Part shown: piece after piece, positions 50,930 through 63,720 of the stretch | Layout of the letters: every line of letters begins with the position of its first letter | Numbering within the stretch: the first letter of the stretch is position 1 | Assembly: GCA_951406725.2 (NCBI GenBank) | Contig: OX597820.1 | Coordinates: forward strand, 114,762,001-114,826,000 | Direction: 5' to 3' | Length of the DNA: 64,000 nucleotides | From: Octopus vulgaris | Taxonomy: Eukaryota | Program-made: the position numbers and the translations under genes | Notes under the pieces: model-generated | Databases searched by the model: none | Seen by the model: only the letters and a program-made list of their open reading frames with translations | What the model was told of the DNA's origin: nothing

Positions 50930-53370
50930 TAGTAATCACTCACCATAACATGGTTCACCTATCGTGCCCTGAGTACATTGCATATTTTTCTGGCTAATAA
51001 ATGTAAATTTATATCGCAGACTCCTCAGTATATTACAGGTTTCTGTGCCCAATAGGTATTTATAATTTTTTTTAGATTATAATTATTTCTGTGGTAAAAT
51101 AAGCATTTTCATGCCTAAAAATTAATAAATAAGAATACAGTACAGTTCTGTATAACATATTAAATAAAATATATCGAAAGAAAATACGGAGTATACCATA
51201 GATGAGTAAACAAAGGATCGCACATACTGTATCATCATCATTGTTTAACGTCCGCTTTCCATGCTAGCATGGGTTGGACGATTTTGACTGAGGGCTGGTG
51301 AACCAGATGGCTGCACCAGGCTCCAATTTTGATTTGGCAGAGTTTCTACAGCTGGATGCCCTTCCTAACGCCAACCATTCAGAGAGTGTAGTGGGTGCTT
51401 TTATGTGCCACCAGCACGAGGGCCAGTCAGGAGGTACTGGCAACGACCTCGCTCGAATCTTTTTACACATGCCACCAGCACAGGTGCCAGTAAGGCGATG
51501 TTGGTAACGATCACGCTCGAATGGTGCCCTTTTATGTGCCACTGGCACGGAAGTCAGTTGGCTGCTCTGGCAACGATCATGCTCAGATGGTGCTCTTGGC
51601 ACCCTACTAGAACGGGCACAAGTGCCAGTGACGCTGTATGGAAAACAAAACTCAGGAGGCAAGTATGTGGTGTTGATTTGCATTTGTGTGTAAAATTGTG
51701 AATTTATTTCAAGCCCTATGATGTCACCCAAACATTCTGCATCTTCTAAGGCTTCCAGCAGTGAACCAAAGCACCAGAGGAAGATGCTTACTATAACAGA
51801 GAAGGTGAGACTCCTCAACATGAGAAGGATGAGAAAATATAAGGGCGACAGCAAAAGTGATTTTTAACAAGACGGCAAAAAAGGTGGTAACTTTCTACAA
51901 TAAGGCCATCGTAAGGATGGAGTCTGCATTAGCCCTTTGGATCAGTGACTGCAGGAAGAATAACACTGCACTGGATACCAATAGCATCCATGAGAAGGCC
52001 AGACAGCTGTATGGTAAGTTTATGGATGGTGGTGACAACAACCCAGACGACCCTGTACCAGGACCATTTACGGCATCTACCACCAAACCAACCGAACTTG
52101 ATGCCAGCAAGGGATGGTTTGATAAATTTCAAAGGAGGTTCAACCTGAAGAGTGTGTCCCTGCATGGAGAAGCTACCTCTGCTGACAAACCTGTTGCTGA
52201 GGAGTACAGGAACTAGATGGTCAAGACCAGCGTCGAGGAAGGGGGATATTCACAATATCGACGAGACTGGCCTCTTTTGGAAACGGATGCCATTGTGGAC
52301 TTCCATTATGAAGGAGGAGGCCAGAGCCCCTGGATTTAAGGTGTACAAAGATTGCATCACAATTATAATGTGTGGAAATGTTGTGGAATTTATGATAAAG
52401 CCAGGGCTTATTTAAAAGTCCCAAAACCCTAGGGCCCTCAAAAACAAAAAATAAGAACCTGCTGTCAGTGCGTTGGATGCACAACCAGAAGGCATGGATA
52501 ATGAACCCACTGATATCAGATTGGTCGCACCAGTGCTTCATCCCCAAAGTCAAGGTTTATTTCACCAAAAAAGAACTGGAATTCAAAGTGCTTCTCTTAA
52601 TGGACAATGCTGGAGGTCACACACTTGACCTTTCATATGAGGGTATACAAATTGAATTCTTACCACCGAACACCACATTGCTAATCTAGCACATGGAACA
52701 AGGCATTATTCGTGTTTTTAAGGTGCTCTATATGTGTACCTCTCTGCAACACCTGGTCGAGGCTATGGACTCAGATGAGAACTTCTCGCTGAAGGAGTAC
52801 TGGGATGGGTACCCCATTGCAATGTGTCTCAAAAATATTCTGAAGGCCATAAGGGAGATGAAGAATGAAACTTTGAATGCCAGCTGGAATAAATTGGGAC
52901 CAGAAGTGGACCACAACTGTAAAGGATTCTCTTCTGACAAAATCCATTACTCTGCAGTAGGTAAGATAGGGAAGCTGGCAAAATTACTAGGCAGCTTCAA
53001 CAATGACTACCAAGGAGGTTAATAACCTGACTGAGGCCCACTCAGAGCCATCAATAGATGAAGATCTAACAGAGATTATAAAGTTAGCAAGAACAAGAAC
53101 AAGGGAACAAAAAGTCAGCCTATCACTAGAATGCTTCTCAACTCTAGCAAAAACAGAAAAAGAACTTCAGAGAATGGTGGAAGATTGACACCCTCAGATG
53201 ATTCATGCATTGCAGTTCAGAAATGCAATCAACAGAGCCATGGAAGTTTATAAAAGCCTCCTTACACAGAAGAAAAGGTAGCGCCAGCAACTGCCCATCA
53301 CTATGTTCTTCACCCGCAAAAAAAGAGAAGACAGAACTCCTAAGAGTGTGGGGAGAGCTTATAAAAACTT
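50930..53370 (+). mobile_element. Tigger/pogo DNA transposon relic (CENP-B HTH + DDE), with stops and frameshifts, interrupted by an RTE fragment
   Basis: MSPKHSASSK...RKMLTI, MESALALWI, ASKGWFDKF, SLHGEA, NIDETGLFWKRMP, LLLMDNAGGH, FLPPNTT. Confidence 0.9.
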
Positions 53371-53562
53371 AAATATATATTTCTGAGTATCTGTGGTGTC
53401 TATTACTCCTGTGTATCTGCCGCACACGAAAGCTATCTTCTCGGTTAATTTTCTTTTGATGTTGCTGCACCTCTTGTGTCCATAGCTTACACTGGGTACA
53501 CCTTATGGAGTTTCTACCTAGTATATATAAAACTGTTGAATATAACAAAAAGGTAAAATTAC

Positions 53563-53707
53563 TTATTGCCATTGTCATCAGGAATACTCATTGACTCCCG
53601 GTGATGGAACAATAACTCTTCAGAATTGCCAGTTTTCACAAAACTCCGTAAAGCTTGCAGGGATTTTTCAGACATGTATTCATAATCAATTTCATCACCA
53701 AAGGTTG
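53563..53707 (-). CDS. NFKB1: NF-kB p105-like exon: pre-ankyrin helical region and start of ANK1
   Basis: tttgcag|CA ACC...AAT AA|gtaatt; SEKSLQALRSFVKTGNSEELLFHHRESMSIPDDNGN aligns with p105 [36 protein letters not shown]. Confidence 0.9.
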
Positions 53708-54583
53708 CTGCAAACAGAATAAATGGAAAGAAATATCTGTTAAACACTGGGAGAAAATTAGATATCAATCTAGAGAAGAAGCTATCCAATCACATGTAGC
53801 ATTCTCTTTTCTGGTACCTATTACAAGATTTTTCCCTTCATTTTGTGTTCAGTTTTTACATGATTGCATATAAGCTACAATGATGTTGATGTTATTATCA
53901 TTTGCATGTCTGTTAGTGTTTTTATGAAAAATTTTGAACAATGATTTTGTTGCTTGCTTCTAATGGGTCACTCACTGGCTCACTGCATTTCAGATAGCAA
54001 GACTCACAAAGGATTATCTGTGTAACTCAATGCAGATTAAGGATTTCAGCTGTAGAGTACCACATATATATATGCTAACACACACATACATGTGTGTATT
54101 ATATGTGCATACTTATGTATATATCACACACACACACATGTAAATATATATCATATATACTCTTTCCTCTTTTACTTGTTTCAGTCAGTTGACTGCGGCC
54201 ATGCTGGAGCACCGCCTTAGTAGAAATCGACCCCGGGACTTATTCGACAAGCCCGGGACTTATTCTTTGTAAGCCCAGTACTTATTATATCGGTCTCTTT
54301 CGCCGAACCGCTAAGTGACGGGGGACGTAAACACACCAGCATCGGTTGTCAAGCAATGCTAGGGGGACAAACATAGACACACAAACACACACATACATAT
54401 ACATATATATACATATATACGACAGGCTTCTTTCAGTTTCCGTCTACCAAATCCACTCACAAGGCATTGGTCGGCCCGGGGCAATAGCAGAAGACACTTG
54501 CCCAAGATGCCACGCAGTGGGACTGAACCCGGAACCATGTAGTTGGTTAGCAAGCTACTTACCACACAGCCACTCCTACATAC

Positions 54584-54618
<35 letters not shown>

Positions 54619-55259
54619 TGTATGTATGTATGTATTATCATGTCATCAGAATGAGTGATAACAGAATTCCAACAACCAGTTTCATAATGAAAGATAAAAT
54701 ATAGGAAGATGATGGCTGAGGTTACAAGGAGAAGCTCTGAAAGTGAAACTGAAAGCAACAAATAAAAGATTTCCAGAGAATCATTTGAAAAAAAAAAATA
54801 TAATGAATTGCAATGAATGAAGGTTAATTTGCTGTAAAATCCTTAAAAATATGAATTAAACCGACTGGATCATCTTCAAGAACTGAGAGCTAAGACCAAA
54901 TCTTGATCCAATATGCCAGTTTGTTTACATAACAAGCGCCTTTGATAGACTTGTTTGTAGATCTGTGAACTTATCTGTAAGACATTGTCTGGAATATAGT
55001 CTCATAAGAAATATAAGACATCAGAACTAAAAAAACAAAAGCTTTCAAACCCTCGTATGTCAAAATCAATGGGAAAATCCATTGTTATGTAGAATATCCT
55101 TCCAGTTTTCCTCTGTCGAATTCCACAAAGAACCAGCCAATCTAAAGTTGTAGAAGATACTTGCTCAATATTACATGGTGTGTAACTCAACCTGAAACCA
55201 TGTAGTCGGAAGGTAAACCTCCTTATCACATATATTTACAAAGTCAGAAAACAGCAGAG

Positions 55260-55558
55260 CTCCCATGAATTTAGGAAACATTTTTTCACGCTAAGAGTTG
55301 CTGAAGCATGGAACAAACTGCCGGCATCAGTTGTTAGTTGTTGGAGCACTGCATCCTTCAAAACTTCCATGCTTCCTGAGATTCGCCAACACTACACCTG
55401 ATTTTCTCCCCTCCATACACACACAAGCATGTATCTGACTCGTGCATTGTTCGCTTTCCAGACATTTGTACATTACTGCATATACTTTATACGCACTTTC
55501 TGACAAGTTGTGGTGCACCTGAGCACTGTATACAATAATTTCATTATTATTATTATTA
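55260..55558 (+). mobile_element. CR1/L2-like LINE 3' remnant with (ATT)n tail (related relics 11130-11460, 37500-37750, 56290-56600)
   Basis: RKHFFTLRVAEAWNKLPASVV...SFK typical of CR1-group ORF2 end. Confidence 0.7.
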
Positions 55559-55887
55559 TGTCTGTACTCATGTAACACAACTGAAGTAAGATGATAGTGG
55601 TTACGATATTAACATGAGATTCAGTGATTACATTCAGACTTTGGGGGGAGGGGGTATTGCACTTTTAAACTTATCAAGCTCAGGTATCTGTTACCTGTTG
55701 GATAATCTTTCCCTATCGTGTAGGATTCCCAATGAGGTGATGCCTTCATTAAGTAATACTTATCTTTCTCCCCCCACCTCTCTCTCTCTATCAATCTAAA
55801 AGTTTAAGATTGGGAAAATTGCAATCATAAATATGAAAAGAAAAAAAAAGAGCCATAATTCTTTTTTTAAAAAATGTAAGATATTAC

Positions 55888-56070
55888 AATCTGTATAGTT
55901 TGAATCACCATCAGATTCAAATCCAGCAGCTTCAGTCTCATCTCTCTCATTCTCTATAGGTTCAGTACATTCTCTATGTTTCTCCAGATGAGTTGGCACA
56001 TCAGAATCTTTCACAGAGTTTAGGGTTAAATTGTTCTGAGAATTAGTCTGTTGACCTGATCGTTCAGCAT
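55888..56070 (-). CDS. NFKB1: NF-kB-like acidic linker exon
   Basis: tttttcag|AT GCT...GAT T|gtaata; DAERSGQQTNSQNNLTLNSVKDSDVPTHLEKHRECTEPIENERDETEAAGFESDGDSNYTD; an alternative same-phase donor (G|gtgatt) would end the exon at 55909. Confidence 0.72.
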
Positions 56071-59000
56071 CTGAAAAATTACATTAATTTTAGTTTGATA
56101 AAGCACAATGCCGGTATTTATCTATACGAGTTTAATACAGTTTAATCCTGAGGCAGGATTTGCATCAGCGTATTGGTAATATATCCAAAAGATTTCAGAT
56201 GTGCAACCAAACAAATACTGTTGGTCAGTCACCATAATTTCAATGTCTTGCTTCACTGGACTTCAACACATTTTAATTTTAACACATAGTTCCTAACTTG
56301 ATAGATGCCCACAAGATCATGTACCATCTTTCCAACAACAGCTTTGACCATCTTTTTGAATTCAACACTCCACAACCCATGGACATGCTCATAAAATCAA
56401 AACTCAGCACAATACCCATGACTTTTGAAGACATTGTTTCATACCTTGAATTGTCAAAGCATAGATTAACTACCCACATCAGTTGTTAGCTGTCAGGATA
56501 CTCTATCCTTCAAAAATTCACCAACACTACTAATGTGCCTATACACACTTTCCTCTTTATGGCCCTTTTACTGTCTTATTGTGCTTTATTCTATGTATGT
56601 ACTTTTGACTATCCTTGTTTTCTTTCTTTAGTCGACTTATTGTTGCTTTCTGTTCCCTCTTTTTACCTTTTTCCAAGTTGTAGTGCACTGTACACAAGAA
56701 GCTCATTATTGTTATTATTATTAATATAATTAAGGTGGCAAGCTGATGGCACTATTAGCACACTGGGTCAAGTGCTTAGTGGCACTTTGTCCATCTTTAT
56801 GTACTGACTTCAAATTCCACCAAGGTCATCCTTTCAGCGATGATAAAATAAGTACCAGTTGAGCACTGGGGGTTATTGTAATTAACTTACCCCACCCCTT
56901 AAAATTGCTGGCCTTGTGCCAAAATTCGAAACTACAACTACTACAATAAAAAAAAAAAGTAATTTACGCTGTAAGAAAAATCAGATTAGTATTCAACATT
57001 TTGAGTTGTAGCTCTTTATCATGAGGCATAATGGCCAATAGAAGCAAAACAACAGAATTAGGTTTTTCAGTCAAACAAATCAAAGGAGACAATGGTTGAG
57101 AGCCCTATTGTTTCTTCTTCAACTCTATTCTCTTCCTTCAGCATAAATGAATTATTTTATGTTTTGGTTTGTATTGTTTGTCACTCCTAAGATCATTTGG
57201 ATATATCACCAATACAGTAATGCAAATTCTGAATCAGATCCTGCCTGTGGATTAAAACGAATTGGAATTCATGTTATCATACCACTATAATTTCTGCAAT
57301 TTTCTCACATTTATCTACCATTGTAATAGAGAAAAGTATACAGTCTGATATGTTAGATTGTAAGATTTGTGTAAAGAGAGAATGAAAAAAATTAAAACAG
57401 ATAATGGTGCATTTTGTAACAAGGTGAATATTTATAAATAATCAAAGAGATGGAATTGTGAGAAGACGAAAGTAAAAAAATACCAAAGAGTAAGTGAGAA
57501 TGTAAGAAGGGGTGGATGAGAATGAAAGGACACAGAATGGGGCAGAGAAATTGTAAATAGAAGAGTATGAAGGTGACTGCCTGAGTAAACTAAACTTTAC
57601 CAAAAGGTGATTAACGATGTAAAAAAGATAAACCACAACATGAGAGAAAGAATCTTTGATTTGTTTCAGTCACTAGACTACAGCCATGCTGGAACACCCA
57701 CCTTGGAGAATTTTTAGTCAAACTAATCAACCTCAGTACTTTCTTTGAAAGCATAGTACTTAAGCTGGCACTATCGTTTGCTGAACTGCTACGTTATGGG
57801 AACATAAACACACCAACACCGGTTGTCAAGCAGTGGTGGGGAACAAACACAGACACAAAGACACACATGCACATCCCTATATATCACACGCTCACGTGGT
57901 CGCACATGTTGATCCCGTCATTTCTTACCACACACGAACTTCTCCACTGGACTCCCTATCTACCCTTTACGGATTCTCGTTTGGACATTTACCTTCCGGT
58001 CCGGCTGCACCTCACCTACCTACAAGTAATGAACTACAGTTTAACTGAAAATGAACTAGTGTAATAGGAATCATCATCATCGTTTAACGTCCGCTTTCCA
58101 TGCTAGCATGGGTTGGACGGTTCGACTGGGGTCTGGGAAGCCAGGAGGCTGCACCAGGCCCAGTCTGATATGGTAGTGTTTCTACAGCTGGATGCCCTTC
58201 CCAACGCCAACCACTCCGTGAGTGTAGTAGGTGCTTTTTACGTGCCAGGCGAGGCTGGCAACGGCCATGATCGGTTGGTGCTTTTTACGTGCCACCGGCA
58301 CTGGTATCACAACTACAATTTCCATTGATTTTTGATCAATTTTGATTTCACTTGCCTAAACAAGTCTTCGCAAGCAGAGTTTTGTGCCCCAAGAAGGAAC
58401 GGTATGCATAAGTGGACTGGCTATATCCCAGGTAGAGGCCACGGGTTATGGTCTCACTTGTCCTGCCGGGTCTTCTCACACACAGCATACTTCTAAAGGT
58501 CTCGGTCACTAGTCATTGCCTCGGTGAGACCTAATGTTCGAAGGTCATGCCTCACCACCTCATCCCAGGTTTTCCTGGGTCTACCTCTTCCACAACAAGG
58601 GTATCAGAAAGCTAACCACAGTGCAACTGAAAATGTGCCAGGAAGTGTAACAGTGAAGTATAGAGTGTGGGAAAGTGAACTATAATGTAACAGACATCGA
58701 AATAGGAGATTAAACCGTAATATTGTGTGAGCTTGTAAGGGGTAGTATGGCCAAACTGTTAAGAAGTTAACCTAGCAAGCATGAGTTCTGAGGTTACTCC
58801 TACATTGTGAAGCATCTTAGATAAATGTTGTTTTCTATAGCCTTAGATTAACCCATACCCATAGGTGCAGGAGTAGCTTGTTTATCAACCACATGGTTCA
58901 GGGTTCAGTCCCACTGCGCGGCACCTTGGGCAAGTGCCCCCTACTATAGCCTCGGGCCGACCAAAGCCTTGCGAGTGGATTTGGTAGACGGAAACTGAAA

Positions 59001-59978
59001 GAAGCCCGTCATATATATGTATATGTATATATGCGTGTATGTGTTTGTGTGTATGTGTTTGTCCCCCTAGCATTGCTTGACAACCGATGCTGGTGTGTTT
59101 ATGTTCCCGTTACTTAGTGGTTCGGCAAAAGAGACCGATAGAATAAGTACTGGGCTTACAAAAAAGAATAAGTCCCGGGGTTGAGTTGCTCGACTAAAGG
59201 TGGTGCTCCAGCATGGCCGCAGTCAAATGATTGAAACAAGTAAAAGAGTAAAAGAGTATACCTTAAACAGATGGAAACTGTATAGAAAGCCATTAGATAG
59301 ATAATACCTGTAATTCAAAAGGTATAAACTTGTTACATGCTGTGTCACACTGATTCTACTCCAAGGTTTATATGAATGGTATACATCAAGGACCAAGGTG
59401 GCAAGCTGGCAGAAACTTTAGCATGTCGGGCGAAATGTGTAACTGTATTTCGTCTGCCGTTATGTTGTGAGTTCAAATTCTGCCGAGGTCGACTTATCCT
59501 TTCGGGGTCGATAAATTAAGTACCAGTTACGCACTGGGGTCAATGTAATCGACTTAATACCTTTGTCTGTCCTTGTTTGTCCCCTCTATGTTTAGCCCCT
59601 TGTGGGTAATAAAGAAATATATATATTTATAAACAAGGCGGTGAGCTGGCAGAATCATTAGCACGCCGGGCAAAATGCTTTGCGGTATTTCGTCTGCCGC
59701 TACGTTCTGAGTTCAAATTCAGCTGAGGATGACTTTGCCTTTCATCCTTTCAGGGTCGATAAATTAAGTACCAGTTATGCACTGAAGTCGATATAATCGA
59801 CTTAATCCATTTGTCTGTCCTTGTTTGTCCTCTCTGTGTTTAGCCCCTTGTGGGTAGTAAAGAAATAGGTACACATCAAGTTCCAGGGACAAGTAATTCA
59901 GTTAATAAAACAAACAAATCCTCTTTGTTGAACGACACTGGAATGAGCTACAATGAATCAACAGCAAGTTAACAAACA

Positions 59979-60079
59979 GTGAACGATAACATAACAAACT
60001 GCAAGTGAACGATAACATAACAAACTGCAAGTGAACGATAACATAACAAACTGCAAGTGAACGATAACATAACAAACTG
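59979..60079. repeat. 26-bp minisatellite, ~4 copies
   Basis: gtgaacgataacataacaaactgcaa repeated in tandem without spacers. Confidence 0.9.
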
Positions 60080-60478
60080 ATGTATACTCTTTTACTTGTT
60101 TCAGTCATTTGACTGTGGCCATGCTGGAGCACCACCTTTAGTCAAGGAAACTGACCTCAGGACTTATTCTTTGTAAGCCTAGTACTTATTCTATTGGTCA
60201 CTTTTGCCGAACCACTAAGTTACGGGGACGTAAACACACCAGCATTGGTTGTCAAGTGATGTTGGGGGGACAAACACAGACACACAAACACACACATATA
60301 CATATATACGACGGGATTCTTTCAGTTTCCGTCTACCAAATCCACTCACAAGGCTTTGGTCGGCCCGAGGCTATAGTAGAAGACACTTGCCCAAGGTGCC
60401 ATGCAGTGGGACTGAACCCGGAACCATGTGGTTGGTAAGCAAGCTACTTACCACACAGCTACTCTTGCACCTATGGAT

Positions 60479-60531
60479 AAAAAATATGGAACGCTTCACG
60501 AATTTGCGTGTCATCCTGGCACAGGGGCCAC

Positions 60532-60564
<33 letters not shown>

Positions 60565-60582
60565 CATGTATTGCCGAAGCAA
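60479..60582 (-). pseudogene. RNU6: U6 snRNA retrocopy fused upstream of a SINE
   Basis: ttgcttcggcaatacatgtactaaaattggaacgatACAGAGAagattagcgtggcccctgtgccaggatgacacgcaaattcgtgaagcgttccatattttt; several substitutions, first few nt missing. Confidence 0.93.
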
Positions 60583-61561
60583 TGTATAACACTGTAATAT
60601 AAGAAACAAGTGTAACAGAAACTAAAGTTTAATGTATCAGAGAGAAAATTAGAATATAACAGAAAGTAAAGTAAACTGTAACAGGAACTAGAGTAACAGT
60701 GTGGTAATGTAACACAGAGTTAATTACAACATCATAGAATGTGAGGGCTACTATGTAACAGAGGGTGAAATATGGTGTAACAGAATCTGAATTAAAGTGT
60801 ATCAGACAGCGAATTATCTTACAATAGTGGGAACTCTCAGAGAAACAGTAGAACAATGAGTAAACTATCCTGTAACAGAGAGTACAGTTTAATAAGGAGA
60901 GAGAGATATAATAGTAATGGAGGCAGCTATAATGTAAACTCTGTATAACAGAGTTTGAATCATAGTGTAACAACAACTGATGCACAGGCTGTTGCTATCA
61001 AACTGAGCATCAGTCGAGGTTGAATACACGACGGAATAGCAATTATTTTGTCTTAGCTTTCACTGCTTATATTAAACACACTTTTGCCTTACGATGTGGA
61101 ACATTTCCTTTTCTTTCACTCTTTTTAAAAAATGGCAATCCATTGGCTACGACAAGAAGGTTTCTGTTAATCTGATCAACGGAAGAGTTTGCTTGTAAAA
61201 TTAATGCGCTAAGTGGTTGAGTACTCCATGGATATGCATACCATAACATAGTTCTTAAGGAGATTCAGCCTCGCACAGAATGTGACAAGGCTGGTCCCTT
61301 TGAATTATAGAGAAACTATAACGTAAGAGAGAGTGGAGTAGAGTGTAAAAGTGAATGGAGAGTAGAGTATACTGTATCAGAGAATATAACACAGAGTATA
61401 AAAGTAGAGAAGAGTATAGCAGAGAATGAAGTGTAATAAAGAGTGGAATGCAATGTAGAAGAGAATGGAGTATAATGTAAGAGACAATAGAGTATAGCAT
61501 AAGAGAGAGAGAGAGAGAGAGAGTATGAAATTATAAAGTGAACTGACAGGGTAAGAAACTG

Positions 61562-62774
61562 AAGTGAATAATGATAATAATGATATATGATGAATAATAA
61601 TAATGATATATAATAATAATGATAATGATATATAATGAATAATAATAATGATATATAATGAATAATAATAAATATATAATGATATATAATAATAATGATA
61701 ATGATATATAATAATAATGATAATGATATATAATGAATAATAATAATGATATATAATAATAATGATAATGATATATAATGAATAATAATAATGATATATA
61801 ATAATAATGATAATGATATATAATGAATAATAATAATGATATATAATAATAATGATATATAATGAATAATAATAATGATATATAATAATAATGATAATGA
61901 TATATAATGAATAATAATAATGATATATAATAATAATGATAATGATATATAATGAATAATAATAATGATATATAATAATAATGATAATGATATATAATGA
62001 ATAATAATAATGATATATAATAATAATGATATATAATGAATAATAATAATGATATATAATAATAATGATAATGATATATAATGAATAATAATAATGATAT
62101 ATAATAATAATGATAATGATATATAATGAATAATAATAATGATATATAATAATAATGATATATAATGAATAATAATAATGATATATAATAATAATGATAA
62201 TGATATATAATGAATAATAATAATGATATATAATAATAATGATAATGATATATAATGAATAATAATAATGATATATAATAATAATGATAATGATATATAA
62301 TGAATAATAATAATGATATATAATAATAATGATATATAATGAATAATAATAATGATATATAATAATAATGATAATGATATATAATGAATAATAATAATGA
62401 TATATAATAATAATGATATATAATGAATAATAATAATGATATATAATAATAATGATAATGATATATAATGAATAATAATAATGATATATAATAATAATGA
62501 TAATGATATATAATGAATAATAATAATGATATATAATAATAATGATATATAATGAATAATAATAATGATATATAATAATAATGATAATGATATATAATGA
62601 ATAATAATAATGATATATAATGATAATGATATATAATGAATAATAATAATGATATATAATAATGAATAATAATAATGATATATAATAATGATATATAATG
62701 AATAATAATAATGATATATAATAATAATATATAATGAATATAATAATGAATAATAATAATGATGTATAATAATA
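61562..62774. repeat. Compound AAT/GAT-derived minisatellite, 45- and 39-bp units
   Basis: Units atatataatgaataataataatg + atatataataataatg(ataatg); begins ~10 nt from the NF-kB donor. Confidence 0.95.
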
Positions 62775-62783
62775 AGAACTGAC

Positions 62784-62921
62784 CACCATTAACAAAATAT
62801 AATGGTAAAGAATTTTCATGAGAACAAGTCTCTTCAGAATTGTCATCATCACTGCTTGATGTTGGCTGGCCATTAATTTGCACAAGCGTTTTGCTTCGCT
62901 TAATGTTGAGTTCATTGTCAT
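62784..62921 (-). CDS. NFKB1: NF-kB p105/Relish-like exon: NLS-like basic patch plus Ser/acidic linker; RHD exons presumably beyond 64000
   Basis: tttcag|AT GAC...GGT G|gtcagt; DNELNIKRSKTLVQINGQPTSSSDDDNSEETCSHENSLPLYFVNG; phase 1-1 fits next exon; assignment by position and phase, weak homology. Confidence 0.68.
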
Positions 62922-63326
62922 CTGAAATTACAACAAAGAGATCATTAGTAATTTAGTAATTAGTCCAATGTAATCATCATCATCATCATTTAAAGTTGCA
63001 CTTTTCCAAGCTTGCATGAGTCAGAGAGAATTTGTTAAGACAAGTTTACCTGTCACCAGCATCCCCCTGTTTCCAACCAGGTAATTTTACCCCCATGGTC
63101 AGATATGTTTTCTGCAGAAGACTGGAAATGAAGAATATCACTTATATGACAATGATTCTCACTTTACAGCCATTGCATGCTGTCAAGACAAAGGTACACA
63201 AAAACAGACACACATATACATCAATATACACATATATACAATGGAAATCTTTCAGTTTCCATTATCAAATCCATTTGCAAAGCTTTGGTTGTCCCAGAGC
63301 TACAGTAGAAGATACTTAACCAAGGT

Positions 63327-63720
63327 GCTGCTTATATTAAACACATTTTTGCCTTACAATATGGAACATTTCCTTTTCTTTCACTCTTTTTAAAAAATGG
63401 CACTCCATTGGCTACGACAACAAGGTTTCTGTTAATCTGATCAATGGAAGAGTTTGCTTGTAAAATGAATGCGCTAAGTGGTTGAGTACTCCATGGATAT
63501 GCATACCATAAGGTAGTTCTTAGGGAGATTCAGCCTCACACAGAATGTGACAAGGCTGGCCCCTCTGAATTACAGCTACGACTCATTTTTGCCAGCTGAG
63601 TGGACTGCAGCAAGGTGAAGTAAAGTAGCTTGCTCAAAAACACGGCCTGCCGCAGAGAATCATACTCATGACTTTACAATCATGGGCTGAATACCCCTAA
63701 CCACTGAGCCACGCACCTCC
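63327..63720 (-). mobile_element. tRNA/CORE-like SINE copy; its distal part is duplicated at 61043-61308
   Basis: Minus-strand head ggaggtgcgtggctcagtggttagggg; ~260 bp direct repeat shared with 61043-61308. Confidence 0.7.

Noticed and set aside
51721-53330. Domesticated TIGD/CENP-B-like host gene
   Set aside because: Multiple stops and frameshifts; decayed Tigger copy
53383-53521. Possible extra Cys-rich NF-kB exon (GRNSIRCTQCKLWT)
   Set aside because: Frameshifted internal fragment of the RTE PHD region (cf. 31518-31650)
59979-60079. CRISPR-like regular repeats
   Set aside because: Head-to-tail 26-bp units with no spacers, eukaryotic context, no cas genes
60479-60582. Functional U6 gene
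   Set aside because: 5' end clipped, substitutions in conserved positions, no recognisable upstream promoter, fused to a SINE
61377-62921. 514-aa and 450-aa ORFs rich in I/Y/H
   Set aside because: Produced by a satellite whose minus strand lacks stop codons; only 62784-62921 looks like a real exon
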